Assembly (NCBI GenBank): GCA_965140585.1 | Contig: OZ223272.1 | Coordinates: 256,001 to 320,000 of the forward strand | Reading direction: 5' to 3' | DNA from: Spirochaetia bacterium | GTDB lineage: Bacteria; Spirochaetota; Spirochaetia; UBA9216 | DNA length: 64,000 nucleotides | Part shown: positions 1 to 10,833 of the stretch, in pieces | How positions within the stretch are numbered: position 1 is the stretch's first letter | How the letters are laid out: every line of letters begins with the position of its first letter | Program-made: the position numbers and the translations under genes | The notes under the pieces: model-generated | Databases searched by the model: none | Told to the model about the DNA's origin: nothing | The model's input: only the letters and a program-made list of their open reading frames with translations

Positions 1-1
1 T

Positions 2-856
2 GCAGCCGGCGTTAATCCTGTAGATACCTATCAACGTTCTGCCAGCCGTGGATATAAGCCGAAACTGCCCTACACCCCGGGGCTTGATGGTGCCGGTATG
101 ATTATTAATACAGGTGCAAATGTATCAGCCTTTAAAAACGGAGATAAGGTATATATAGCAGGTCACAGCAGTGGAACCTATGCAGAGGCTGCTGTTGTTA
201 AAGAAAATAAAATCTACCATATCCCTGAGACTCTGAATTGTATGGAAGGAGCCGCCCTTTTCGTTAATTATTTTACAGCCTGCAGAGCCCTGTTTCAAAG
301 AGGCTCATTGATTGAGGATGAAAGAGTACTTGTACACGGAGCAAGCGGAGGAGTAGGTCTTGCAGCACTCCAGATGCTTAAGTGGAAAAACATAGATATA
401 ACAGCAACTGCAGGGACAAAAGACGGCGTTGAACTTATCAAAAGTCTTGGTATAAAAAACATTCTGAACCACAGGGCCCCTGAACATTCCACTGAAATGG
501 AAGCTTGCTGCAGAAACGGTTTTGATGTCATTCTTGAGATGAGCTCTGATAAGAACCTGCAGACAGATCTTGAATTGATTACTGAAGGGGGAAGAGTTCT
601 TATAGTGGGAAGCGGCGGAACAGTGACTATTGACCCCAGAAAATTGATGAGATCGGATGGAGATATCAGAGGAGTTATGCTGTTCAGTACTCCTAAAAAA
701 GATATGGATAAAATTGCTCAAATGATTGCATCAGCAGCATCCGAAGGAGCAGTAAAACCCGTGATCCGCAAAGTATTCAGTCTTTCTGAAGCAGATAAAG
801 CCCACACAATGGTAAGTTCAAAAGGGGCAGCAGGAAAAATTATTCTTAGAATTTAA
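2..856 (+). CDS. NADPH:quinone reductase (zeta-crystallin/MDR family), 5'-truncated by window edge
   Basis: Frame open from base 2 (AAGVNPVDTY..PYTPGLDGAG); VHGASGGVG nucleotide-binding motif; C-terminal GKIIL. Confidence 0.9.
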   Translation, partial: AAGVNPVDTYQRSASRGYKPKLPYTPGLDGAGMIINTGANVSAFKNGDKVYIAGHSSGTYAEAAVVKENKIYHIPETLNCMEGAALFVNYFTACRALFQRGSLIEDERVLVHGASGGVGLAALQMLKWKNIDITATAGTKDGVELIKSLGIKNILNHRAPEHSTEMEACCRNGFDVILEMSSDKNLQTDLELITEGGRVLIVGSGGTVTIDPRKLMRSDGDIRGVMLFSTPKKDMDKIAQMIASAASEGAVKPVIRKVFSLSEADKAHTMVSSKGAAGKIILRI

Positions 857-943
857 TGATATAGGTTTTTTATATACCATTACACAAAAGACATCATTAC
901 AACCCAAAGCTATTGTATTATGTTATACTGATAGCCGGAGGAG

Positions 944-1869
944 ATGATGGAATTAACGCAGTTAAAATATTTTAAAGCAGTAGCGGAACTCCAGCATTTC
1001 ATCAATGCAGCCGAACAGCTTCATATTTCCCAACCGTCACTAAGCAAGGCCATTGCCAATCTTGAAGAAGAGCTTGGAACCAATCTATTTGAACGGGACA
1101 AGAAATCTGTATATCTTAATGAATTCGGCAAATGCCTCTATAAACATGTTAAAAAGGTTTTTGATCAGCTTGCAGAAGCAGAGATGGAAATCAAGGATAT
1201 GAATATCGGAGCACACGGAGATGTAAGGGTCGCTTCATCTTTTGAGCTTACCGAACCAAATCCGATTCTTGAAAATTCATGGAAATTCTATATGGATCAC
1301 CCTCAGATTCATTTTCATTTTTATCAGCAGAGCACTGAGCAGATCCTCAACCTGCTGGAAACAAGGTTTATTGATTTTTCATTATGCACAAAAGATGAGC
1401 TTAATCTGCCGCAGATCAAATGGAATCATCTGTATTCCGAAGAACTTTTTCTGCAGACAGCTGAGGGTTCCAGATTCAGTGAACGGGAATCTGTAAGGCT
1501 GGAAGAGCTCAGTAATGAAAATTTCATAATTGATAAAATTGCCCCGAAAAGGAAGATTCACTTCACCACCTCTGCAGGCAGGCCGGGTTCTCTCCAAAAA
1601 TAGCGTTTGAAGGGAACTCTGTTAAAATGACAGGGCAGGCTGTTGTCAGAGGATAAGGAGTTTCGTTTGTATCAAGAACAAGAAAGGAAAGAGTCCTTGC
1701 ATCCCCCAGAACCGAAGACTGGGAAAAAAAGCTTTTGTTTATACCGATAGAAAATGATTACAGCATCAAGGAGATAGGCATAGCGCATCTAATAGATAAA
1801 CGCCTCTCAGCCGCTGCAAAGCTGTATCTGGAAAACCTTCTTGAATCATTCAGCAGTTACACGTCTTAA
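944..1869 (+). pseudogene. LysR-family regulator, disrupted
   Basis: LysR HTH (QLKYF..HF..AAEQLHISQPSLSKAI..LEEELG); frameshift near 1545-1590; downstream frame FSPKIAFEG..VVRG*GVSFV has in-frame TAA at 1654-1656 and ends RLSAAAKLYL..TAA 1869. Confidence 0.8.
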
Positions 1870-1878
1870 GTTATAAAA

Positions 1879-1918
1879 AAAGCCTCAGATAAACCGGCTG
1901 TGTTTTGTCTGAGGCTTT
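1879..1918. terminator. Hairpin terminator between convergent genes
   Basis: AAAGCCTCAGATAAA...TTTGTCTGAGGCTTT inverted repeat with flanking A run. Confidence 0.65.
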
Positions 1919-1939
1919 CCCACAATAAATATCAGCTAT

Positions 1940-3629
1940 TTAATAATCAATATGACCTCTGGAATAATCACTGTATTCCTTAACCAGGGCATCCCAGTTT
2001 TTAGGAAGATCAATCTTTGTACAGGAGGGACCGCCATGATCTCCGCCGCCTGCAAGAACTGCCATCATTGGACCTGCCATTCCGCCTCCGACAACTGCAA
2101 ACATATGCCGACTGCTCCAGAATATTCTTGTAGGAGCCTTCATATCCTCAGGCAGCGGAACATGCTCAGGCTCATGCATGTTACCAACAAGCCACTGAAT
2201 ATCAACATCCTCACCCGGAACTCTTGCGTATTCAACGATGTAATCCATAACCTTCTTTTTAGTCCAGCCGGCATCGGCAAACATCTTCGCTGCTATAGGA
2301 GAGAAGATCAGAATAAGTCCCGGATCCCATCCAAGCGGGTTGATCTTACAAATCCCCTTAAGAAATGCAGCGGGACTTCCCTTCTGAAAAACCCTGTGCT
2401 CCTGCGGCCATGACATTGTAACAGCAGAGTCGGTTTCAGCAAATCCGAAATCCATATGAAGAGGCTGCCATGGATTCATCTCGGTGTTGTCACCCATGCA
2501 GTATCCGATCCTGAACTCATGCCCCATTTCCGCAAGATCCTCTATGCCTGGTCTTACACCGCCGATGTTCATGAGGATATTTCCATAGGCACGTGCAATT
2601 GCAGTATTTGCTTTATAATATGGCGACAGGAAGTTTCCGTCCACATTCAGGTTAATATCACGGACAATTGGACCGCTGAGGGTAAGCATGGGCCCCCAGG
2701 TTGACTGGATGCATGTCCAGCCTTCAAAGAATATCTTCTCATCAAGCGAACCCTTAACAGCAGATATTAGTACCGGTAGATATGTAGGAAGACAGGCGGC
2801 CATAACTGCATTTACTGCAATCTTTTCAACAGTTGCTTTGCCCATCATCGGTGGGATTTCTGCAACTACATAGTCGGCTGGAAGATCAGTTCCCCGAAGC
2901 ATTTCATCAACGGCTTCTCTTGTGGGCATCAGTATCGGAGATCCCGTTGCTCCATCCGTTTTTATAAAATATTCTATTAATTTCTTCGGAAGTTCCCGTA
3001 TAAGTTCCGGTTGCAAGACTCTGTTCAAGTACTGCAGGATCTGCTTCCTGTTTATTGAGCGGCTTGGTAAGGCCTTCAACCATCCAGTCTGTAATCATGG
3101 ACAGGTCGTCTTTCAATGCCTCTGAAACCAGCTCCTGAGTAACATGACCGCGGACACGGTCTACCTGAATATCATATTTGTATATCCTCATATCAGGAAC
3201 TTTCTTTGTAGTAACTCCGCGGACACCATTTCCAAAGGTCCGCTCTGTCGTAAGCATTACACAGGGTTTTCCAAGTTTTTCAATATATGCTGTATTATAA
3301 CCTTGGAACAGGGCGCTTGACGGAACGCTGCCGTAAAAACTTATTACTGTGTCCACCCCTTCAAGCCATGTATGAAACTCAGGAAGAAACTCTTTATTCT
3401 GACTGAGTTCAGGAAGTTCTACCAGGTATCTTATATGGGAAAATTTTAAATTTTTATATCTGCGGCTTAATTCTTTCTCAACCTCTTTGAGCATATATTC
3501 GGAATTAATCATAAAATCACCGAACATTCCGATTGTTTTTCCTTCAAGATCTTCAAGCCTTGGACTCAGCCCTCTAATTTCAGACCAGTCTACTTCCGCC
3601 CAGGGGCTGAGCACTTCAAATGTGCTCAT
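1940..3629 (-). pseudogene. UGSC-family domain fused to its usual partner domain; single frameshift near 2945
   Basis: N-part PRLEDLEGKTIG..EKLGKPCV; C-part FYKNGWSNG/SPILMPTREAVDEML..GKATVEKIAVNAVMA..P.YLPV; removing one G from AACGGGATCT joins ORFs 2907-3629 and 1940-3079. Confidence 0.7.
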
Positions 3630-3719
3630 TTATTACTCCAATATCAATATTGAAGAAATTATAATGGTGGAGAAATATAGTGTCCAATTCTAAAAAATCA
3701 TTGAATTGATAGCTTGAAT

Positions 3720-5141
3720 CTATTGAATAGGCAGTTCAAACCAGACTGAAAGCCCCTTAGGGCTGTTGTTGAAGGCCCCGACACAGCCTCCGAATGCCTC
3801 GATAATTCTTTTACTGATAGAAAGGCCCAGACCTCTTCCGCCGGACTCTCTGTTTTCTGGAAAAGTCAACTCTGTAAAAACGCTCGAAGATTTTTTCAGT
3901 ATCACCTTCGGGAACGCCCTCCCCTTCGTCTGTTATGATAACCCTGACATATGAATGACCGGCTCGCTCAGTCCTGCCTTCTGAAAGGGAAACAGATACT
4001 GTGGTATCAGACGGGGCATACTTGTGAGCATTGCCAATTATGTTTCTGAGAACCTGTCTCAGCTTCTCCTCTTCTGCTGTAACAAAAACTTATTCGTACA
4101 AGCTGTCCAGATTAAGAGGAATCCCCTTGTCTTCAAACAGGGGACGAAGCTTAACACAGGTTTCATCAAGAAGTCCTGATAAAGATATCCGGTCCATATT
4201 CATTCCGGCAGCACCTGATTCCAGATCACTTAATAAACGAAGGTCTGAGATAAGTCCTGTCAGAATTCTGGTTTCTTCATAAAGGCTTTTCATCCGCTCT
4301 TCATCTGCTGTATATACTCCGTCAATTATCATCTCAAGATTAGCCTGTATAACACTCACAGGAGGCCGCAGTTCATGAGCAATATCAGAGAGCAGCGTCT
4401 GCCTTGAGTTCTCGGTTTTCTGGAGCCTGTCCGCCATGTGATTATAATTCTCAGCCAGGCTGCCTATTTCGTTTCTGCCTACGACATCAACCCTGGCTGA
4501 AAGATCTCCTGATGTTATTTTCTTAACTGCAGAATCAAGTTCAGTAATGGGCTTAGCAAATCTGGAAGCCAGAAGCGTTCCTGAAACAACAGCAAGAATG
4601 ATACCCAGAAGCACTGATATACCTGTAGATGCAGTTACAGCCTTAATAAAGGTCAGCTCCTGAGGATTATAATCCTGTGTGATCATCGATTTGAAAAATA
4701 TATATCCGATTGTATCGTCATCTATCAGAATTTCTTCGCCCTGATCTGTTTTCATTTTCTGCGGAAGCTTGTCATCGGGGGTTCCGTCCCGCTGTTCAAG
4801 TCCTGAGAAAACTACAGCTCCCTGTTTGTCGGTTATAACTATCGGAATCTCAGAATCTTTGGGGTGCCTCCGGTCAAAGGTTCTGTCTGCGGTTCCGTTA
4901 TATGTATCAGGATCACTTTTTATCCTTTCAAGATATTGCTCAATACCATCGAGTGTACCGTTTTCACTGCAGTAGGCTGAAATTGATTCCGCATAGTTTT
5001 TTTTGCTATCGCAATATCATTCTTTTCAACTAGATCATCAAAATTTTTATTTAAGGAGATTCTTACTATAAGATATGTCGCAAGGCTGCTGAGTATCAGA
5101 ATTACAGCAAGCCCTGCAAACAGTTCATTTCTAATTTTCAT
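3720..5141 (-). pseudogene. BaeS-like HAMP sensor histidine kinase, several frameshifts
   Basis: Fragments: N-terminal TM (4920-5141), HAMP and H-box SDIAHELR (4090-4755), G2 box GRGLGLSISKRII (3720-3905). Confidence 0.85.
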
Positions 5142-5822
5142 TCTTTTACCTTGTATCCTACACCCCAGACAGTCAGGATGATATTCGGGTCAGAAGGATT
5201 ATCCTCAATAAGTTTCCGCAGATTTTTAATATGTACATCAATCGTTCTCTCATATCCTTCATATTCATATCCGCTCAAAACCTGAATCAGTTCGCCGCGA
5301 GTGAAAACCTGCCGGGAGACTGGAACAGAAGGTGTAGCAGCTCAAACTGAGCTGAGGTCAGGGTGACTTCCTTTCCGCCTTTTGTAACTCTACGCTTTGA
5401 GCTGTCTATCTCAATTTCATTCAGTTTAATCAATGATGATGCTTCAGCAGCATCTGATACAGCGACAGCTCTTCTGAGTACCGCCCTTATTCTTGCACAT
5501 AATTCTCTCACACTGAAAGGCTTTGTCATATAATCATCCGCACCAATCTCAAGCCCCAGAAGCTTATCTGCCTCCGAGTCTCTGGAGGTAAGCATTATAA
5601 TGGGGGTTCCGGAGGAAGTTCTGATTCGTCTGGCAACTTCCAGACCGTCCAGGCCCGGAAGCATAAGATCAAGAACTATTAAATCAGGTTTCCCGGATTC
5701 ATGCAGTTTGAGGGCATCGATTCCGTTAAAGCACTGCACCGCCTCCTACCCCAGCGACAGCAGATAATCTTTTATCAGATCATTCAGTTTTTTTCATCCT
5801 CAACTACAAGAATCTTTTCCAT
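5138..5822 (-). pseudogene. OmpR/BaeR-family response regulator, disrupted
   Basis: Starts MEKILVVEDE, then frameshift and in-frame TAG (5746-5748); LDLMLPGLDG, GADDYMTKPF; C-terminal RTIDVHIKNLRK..TVWGVGYK lies in another frame. Confidence 0.85.
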
Positions 5823-5844
5823 ATCAGAATCCCCTTAATATTTT

Positions 5845-6885
5845 TCAGCCTGCACAGATACCGCAGCCGATACAGCTGGAACACCCGGCATAACCGGTAC
5901 CGGCTGTGGACGCAGAAACATCTGCTTCACTTACTTCCCGCGTTTCCCCATGGTAGTCTCGGCCGCCCCCGGAACCATGAGGGGTGTCCTCCGCCCTGGC
6001 TTGAAATCGATGATGCAAGAACCAGGCCTCCGCTGAACACTGCCGCGGCAGCTATCGGGGCAAGGACTTTTGGAATATCAGCCTTCCCCATCTTTGACGA
6101 AAGCGCGCCGTCAACAGGACAGGCATTCACACATTCCTGGCAGCCTAAGCATTCCGCCGTAGTGACTTTTTCAAGATTGGCGACATCAATATTCATAGGA
6201 CATGCCCTTGAACAGAGCGTACAGCCTGAACATTTATCCTGATTACGGACAATCCTGTTAGGACTTAACTTTGATAATATAGCATACCATGCACCTGCGG
6301 GACAGATATATTTACAGAAGCCCGTCCCATAAAGAATGCAAATATCAGAATTGCAAAAAAGAAGATATAAGAGCCCGGATTTCTAAGAAAAGCGGCAGAA
6401 AATCCCTGCCCCTTGAATATCCCCATCGTTGCAATAAACGGATCAGCTTTTATCATCCAGTGTCCGCCAATCAAACCAGCAAAGACTACGAATGCCGCCA
6501 GCACCGGATATTTAAACCATCGTAAGACCTTATCCGCTTTTTCGGGGATTCTCAGTTTCTTCCTTGACTTCTTAGGAAGAACCAGCCTGCCGATCTTTTC
6601 AAATAACTCCTGCAGCGCTCCCATTGGACAGACGTAACCGCAATATGCCCGTATGAATATAATGGAAAAAACCGACATTATCAAAAACAGTATCACCATA
6701 CCTGAAAACAAGCCTGCAATAGTGAACCCCGTATTGAAAACACCAGTAAAAAACATTTCAAAGCCGCCGATTGGACAAATAGCATGCTCCGAAACTACTC
6801 CTGAAATAAACAGGAAGAATACTGTACTTGTAGCAAGAACAGCCCATCTGATAAGCCTTGCCGGCTTTATCTTCTTTAATTTCAT
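5845..6885 (-). pseudogene. Membrane 4Fe-4S-binding protein (NapH/RdxA/polyferredoxin-like), frameshifted
   Basis: HAICPIGG, YCGYVCPMG, CSGCTLCSRACPM, ECLGCQECVNACP and terminal CSSCIGCGIC split over several frames. Confidence 0.8.
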
Positions 6886-7065
6886 ATGTACCCTCTCTCT
6901 CGTTATTTACAGGAGAGAGGATGACTGGAATTTGTAAACGAAATGTGAACGGGTGATGTAGAAAATATTTTTTTAATTAAACTTTTTTAAATACAATAAT
7001 AAAACTGGCGGTTTTCCCAAAAATCAAACCAGTCAGATAAATTTAGTGGAATTCATCTCCAATCC

Positions 7066-8760
7066 TTAACCGAACATCGGCGGTTTAACCGGATAATCCT
7101 GAATAGGCACATCTTCTGTAGAGAAAACCATTTCTCCGTTTTCATTTTTTACTATTATATATTTAAGCCATTCCTTATTATCCATCTGAGGATAATCTTC
7201 ACGCAAGAACCATCCACGTGATTCTTTTCTCATCGAGGCGGCCCTGAACTGCATCTCTGCGGAAAGAACCATTGCCTCAGCCTCATGACAGTTGCAAAGT
7301 CCATGAGGATCATCGGCTTTAAGCTTTGGAATCATGGCCTTTGCCTTTTCAATTTTACGAAGACCGATATCAAGCCTGTGCTGACTCATGTAGACGCTGT
7401 ATTCGACAGGACCTATGGCCTCCCTGACAGCAGTCATAAGTTCTTCAGCTTCAACACCTTCATTCCTTAATAAAGGCGCTACAGCCCTGTCTATGCATTC
7501 CTGAACCTGGGTCTGACTGACAGCGCAGAGTTCATTACGGGAGTTATAATCAGAAACTGATTCTGCAACCAGCAGTCCGTTAAAAACAGCGTTCAGGATT
7601 CCTGAACCACGGTTTCTTCCGGGAGGCGCAGGGACAGCCCCCGGAGAAGCTGATCCGCAGTAGCTTATATCACCTATTGCATAAAGGCCTGGAATAGTTG
7701 TCTGCATATCATGTCCGACTTTGACCGGAGACTGTTCACCAACAAGGCACATCACAACTTCCTTGTTATCGCCATCTTCTGCAGCAGCTTTTCCGTATAT
7801 CTTTTTCCATACTTTTATACCGTAGGGTCTATCCCATACATGGGAAGTTGTAAACAGTGCATCACCATGGGCGGTCACTTCATATTCATCAATATGAATC
7901 GAAACAGGGCCTTTGCCGGCAGCCATCTGATTATACCACTCCCGTACCGCGGTAGAAGAGATATCCGCTTCAGGGAAGCGTCTGAAGTTTTTTGTTATAT
8001 TCTCTCCAAGAGCGTTGTACATCACATTTTCTGAAAATACTGCGTCATGGTGATTCTTTGACTTATACTGCTGTGCAAAGTTCCCAAACTCAACATTGCG
8101 CATTTCAGCACCGGCTCTGTAAGCTGCAGCTATTCCGTCACCACGGCTATTCCACATCGGCATAATTTTATAGTTCTGACTGCCTGTTGCAAGAATTACA
8201 GTCTTTGCATTAATAGTATAAAAGGTTCCCTCAAGCAGACTATATCCGACAGCACCGACGGCCTTTCCTTCGTTGAGAAGAATATCTGATAAAACAACTT
8301 TATCCAGCAGCTCAACACCAAGCTTTTTAGCAGTCTTTCTGACATTAACAGTTATATCAAGATCAACACCTATCATTCCTGTCAGCGGACCTGTAGGCAT
8401 AACCTTCAAACTTCCATCCTCGTTATAGGGGACATTTACACCCCAGTCCGAAAGTTTTTCGATCATCTCGTTATTCATGCTGACATATTTGTGAAGCAGT
8501 TTCTGATCACCAAGATATGCTCCGACATTGTGCGCATGATATTCCACAAACTGATCCGGAGTGCAGCGGTTAAAATCAAAATACTGAAGTACTCCTCCAC
8601 CGCGATTAGCCTTTCCACTCCATCCGGTTGTATTTTTTTCCATTATCAGAACGCTTAATTTATCATCAAGCTCTTTAGTACGCACCGCTGCAGACAGACC
8701 AGCTATTCCGCCTCCTACAACCAGCACATCAACTGTCATATTCTTATTTTCAGGTTTCAT
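7066..8760 (-). CDS. FAD-dependent oxidoreductase, SdhA/FrdA/AprA-like flavoprotein subunit
   Basis: DVLVVGGGIAG, VILATG, GDGIAAAYRAGA, PGLYAIGD, RKESRG..REDYP; no covalent-FAD His motif. Confidence 0.85.
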   Translation of the reverse strand: MKPENKNMTVDVLVVGGGIAGLSAAVRTKELDDKLSVLIMEKNTTGWSGKANRGGGVLQYFDFNRCTPDQFVEYHAHNVGAYLGDQKLLHKYVSMNNEMIEKLSDWGVNVPYNEDGSLKVMPTGPLTGMIGVDLDITVNVRKTAKKLGVELLDKVVLSDILLNEGKAVGAVGYSLLEGTFYTINAKTVILATGSQNYKIMPMWNSRGDGIAAAYRAGAEMRNVEFGNFAQQYKSKNHHDAVFSENVMYNALGENITKNFRRFPEADISSTAVREWYNQMAAGKGPVSIHIDEYEVTAHGDALFTTSHVWDRPYGIKVWKKIYGKAAAEDGDNKEVVMCLVGEQSPVKVGHDMQTTIPGLYAIGDISYCGSASPGAVPAPPGRNRGSGILNAVFNGLLVAESVSDYNSRNELCAVSQTQVQECIDRAVAPLLRNEGVEAEELMTAVREAIGPVEYSVYMSQHRLDIGLRKIEKAKAMIPKLKADDPHGLCNCHEAEAMVLSAEMQFRAASMRKESRGWFLREDYPQMDNKEWLKYIIVKNENGEMVFSTEDVPIQDYPVKPPMFG

Positions 8761-8792
8761 ATTATTTACTCTCCAATTTCCTATTGGCTATC

Positions 8793-9032
8793 CTATCGGT
8801 ATGCATCAAAATTCTGATAGACTCTTTCGCCCTCAAAATCTATAACTACTTCAATACAGTCTTTAGGGCATAAAGCTTCGCAATAGGTGCAATGAACGCA
8901 GTCTTCAACATACTTGAATACTGGTAATTTTTTATTCTCATCCCAGCGTATGACGTCAACAAAGCATGATTTGTAGCAGACCTTGCAGCCTATGCAGGTT
9001 GAAGGATTAAAATTTATTTTATGGTTTGCCAT
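8793..9032 (-). CDS. 2x[4Fe-4S] ferredoxin (AprB-like partner)
   Basis: CIGCKVCYKSC and CVHCTYCEALCP. Confidence 0.9.
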   Translation of the reverse strand: MANHKINFNPSTCIGCKVCYKSCFVDVIRWDENKKLPVFKYVEDCVHCTYCEALCPKDCIEVVIDFEGERVYQNFDAYR

Positions 9033-9053
9033 GCAGCAGTTCTCCTTGTCTTT

Positions 9054-9875
9054 CTAAAAGTAATTTTTTTCCTCAGCGTAAACTCTGGGAAGCAGTGATG
9101 CCAGATTGGTAAACTCTTTTATATTATGAAGAAGAAGAGCCATAGGACCCATCGGAGGCATTCTGAATCCGTCCGGAAGAGCTTTTACATCTCTGCCGTT
9201 TTCGAATGTCCACCCCATCCAGAATCTGGTTCTAAGCTCAACGCCACCATCTATTTCTCTGATAAAATGACACATGATGGTTTCGGGACTTGCGAATGGA
9301 GGATGACCAATACCGTTACCCTTTGCGCACACTATTGTACCGCAGGCTTCTGTACCGTATTTGGTCATATCAAATCCAAGGTCCCCCGGATATTTAAAAT
9401 TGATACTCAGGTGTTCAGGCCCCATACCCACATCTTCTATTACGTGATGAGTAGTATCCCAGTATTTTTCTTTAATGCTTAAATCAGGATCATGTGCCCT
9501 GACTTTCTGCATCGATTCTGCCTGATAATGATCTTCATGATTCCAGATGGAGTATCGAAGATTATCAAGTCCATGCCAGGCGAACCACCAGTCAAACATT
9601 TCTACCGTTACACCAGGCATCATTGTATGATTTGCAACAAAACCGGTACCGTCTTCCATCACACAGTATCCGACTTCAATATCCAGATATCCCGGATTAA
9701 ACAAGTCATTTCTATCCTTGAATTTTAATGCTCTCCGGGGGTCAACAGGCCCCATTAATACTTCCTGGTATTTTTCCTTAGGAGCCTCAGCCATTTCCTC
9801 GTTAAAATATTTAAAATATGTTTTTTCTTTATCCTGTTCAGTAACAGGGACCAAACCCTGATTAACCATTGCCAT
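9054..9875 (-). CDS. phy: PhlG/phloretin hydrolase family C-C hydrolase
   Basis: MPGVTVEMFDWWFAWH..RYSIWNHEDH, VIEDVG, ELRTRFW, HNIKEFTNLA; putative metal ligands His/Glu/His-x3-Glu retained. Confidence 0.85.
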   Translation of the reverse strand: MAMVNQGLVPVTEQDKEKTYFKYFNEEMAEAPKEKYQEVLMGPVDPRRALKFKDRNDLFNPGYLDIEVGYCVMEDGTGFVANHTMMPGVTVEMFDWWFAWHGLDNLRYSIWNHEDHYQAESMQKVRAHDPDLSIKEKYWDTTHHVIEDVGMGPEHLSINFKYPGDLGFDMTKYGTEACGTIVCAKGNGIGHPPFASPETIMCHFIREIDGGVELRTRFWMGWTFENGRDVKALPDGFRMPPMGPMALLLHNIKEFTNLASLLPRVYAEEKNYF

Positions 9876-9979
9876 AATTACTCCTTTGATAAGAACAGCA
9901 GTTCCCCGAAGACATTGACTCTCCGGGCAAGCTGCTCAGATTCGGTATTAAAATTCCATTACTTTCGTTATATTCAATG

Positions 9980-10822
9980 TCATTCAGCTTTATTCAGCCC
10001 GAGAATCTGCCGTGCCTCATCAGGAGTTGCAACTTCTTTTCCAAATTCGGTTATAAGTCTTTTTGCTCTTTCGACAAACTGTACATTCGATTCAGCCGGA
10101 ACTCCCTTCTGGTATAGAACATTATCTTCAAATCCTACCCGGACATGACCGCCGAGAGCGATTGTTGTATACAGCAGAGGCATATGTCCCTTGCCGATTC
10201 CAAAGCCACCCCAGGTACATCCTTCGGGGAGTAATCCATGAAGATAAACCAGATTCTCAACTGTTGCCGGCATTCCTCCGGCCGCACCCATACAAAGCTG
10301 AAAATGCAGTGGAGCTTTTAATATCCCCTTCTTCAGATAATAAAGAGCATTTGACAGCATTCCGACATCAAATATTTCAATTTCAGGCTTAATGTTAAAT
10401 TCCTGCATGGTAGCACCGAGCTTTTCAAGAAACCTAGGACTGTTTTCAAAAACTGAGGTATTCAGCCAGTTCATTGAGCCGCAGTCATACGAAGCCATCT
10501 CCGGCTTCAGTTCTTTTATATGAACCATCCTCTCTTCATCAGTCAAACCAAGCTGTCCGGAAGTTGTGAGGTTGATAACAATGTCACAATCAGTGGCTCT
10601 TATAAGCTCAACGGTTTCCTTAAACTTTTCAAAACTCATTGATGATTTATCATTATCATCCCTCACGTGGATATGTGAAACCGATGCTCCGGCTTTCCAG
10701 CATGCATAGACATCATCTGCAATTTCCTGCGGCTGAAGAGGCACATTAGGGTTTTCATTTTTTGTAGGCCACGCACCAGTATGCGCAACTGTAAGTATTA
10801 CTTTATTATCCAAATCACTCAT
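9980..10822 (-). CDS. Beta-keto acid cleavage enzyme (BKACE/DUF849); probable triacetate acetoacetate-lyase
   Basis: AGASVSHIHVRD, KPEIEIFD, GGHVRVGFEDN, ATPDEARQILG; operon context. Confidence 0.88.
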   Translation of the reverse strand: MSDLDNKVILTVAHTGAWPTKNENPNVPLQPQEIADDVYACWKAGASVSHIHVRDDNDKSSMSFEKFKETVELIRATDCDIVINLTTSGQLGLTDEERMVHIKELKPEMASYDCGSMNWLNTSVFENSPRFLEKLGATMQEFNIKPEIEIFDVGMLSNALYYLKKGILKAPLHFQLCMGAAGGMPATVENLVYLHGLLPEGCTWGGFGIGKGHMPLLYTTIALGGHVRVGFEDNVLYQKGVPAESNVQFVERAKRLITEFGKEVATPDEARQILGLNKAE

Positions 10823-10833
10823 AATTATCCCCG

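Noticed and set aside
2907-3629. Selenocysteine recoding or programmed frameshift in the UGSC-like gene
   Set aside because: No in-frame TGA at the motif position; the break is one extra G without a slippery heptamer, amid other broken genes
7066-9032. Calling these sdhA/frdA or aprAB
   Set aside because: No covalent-FAD His motif, no membrane anchor or sulfate-reduction genes; context is polyphenol catabolism
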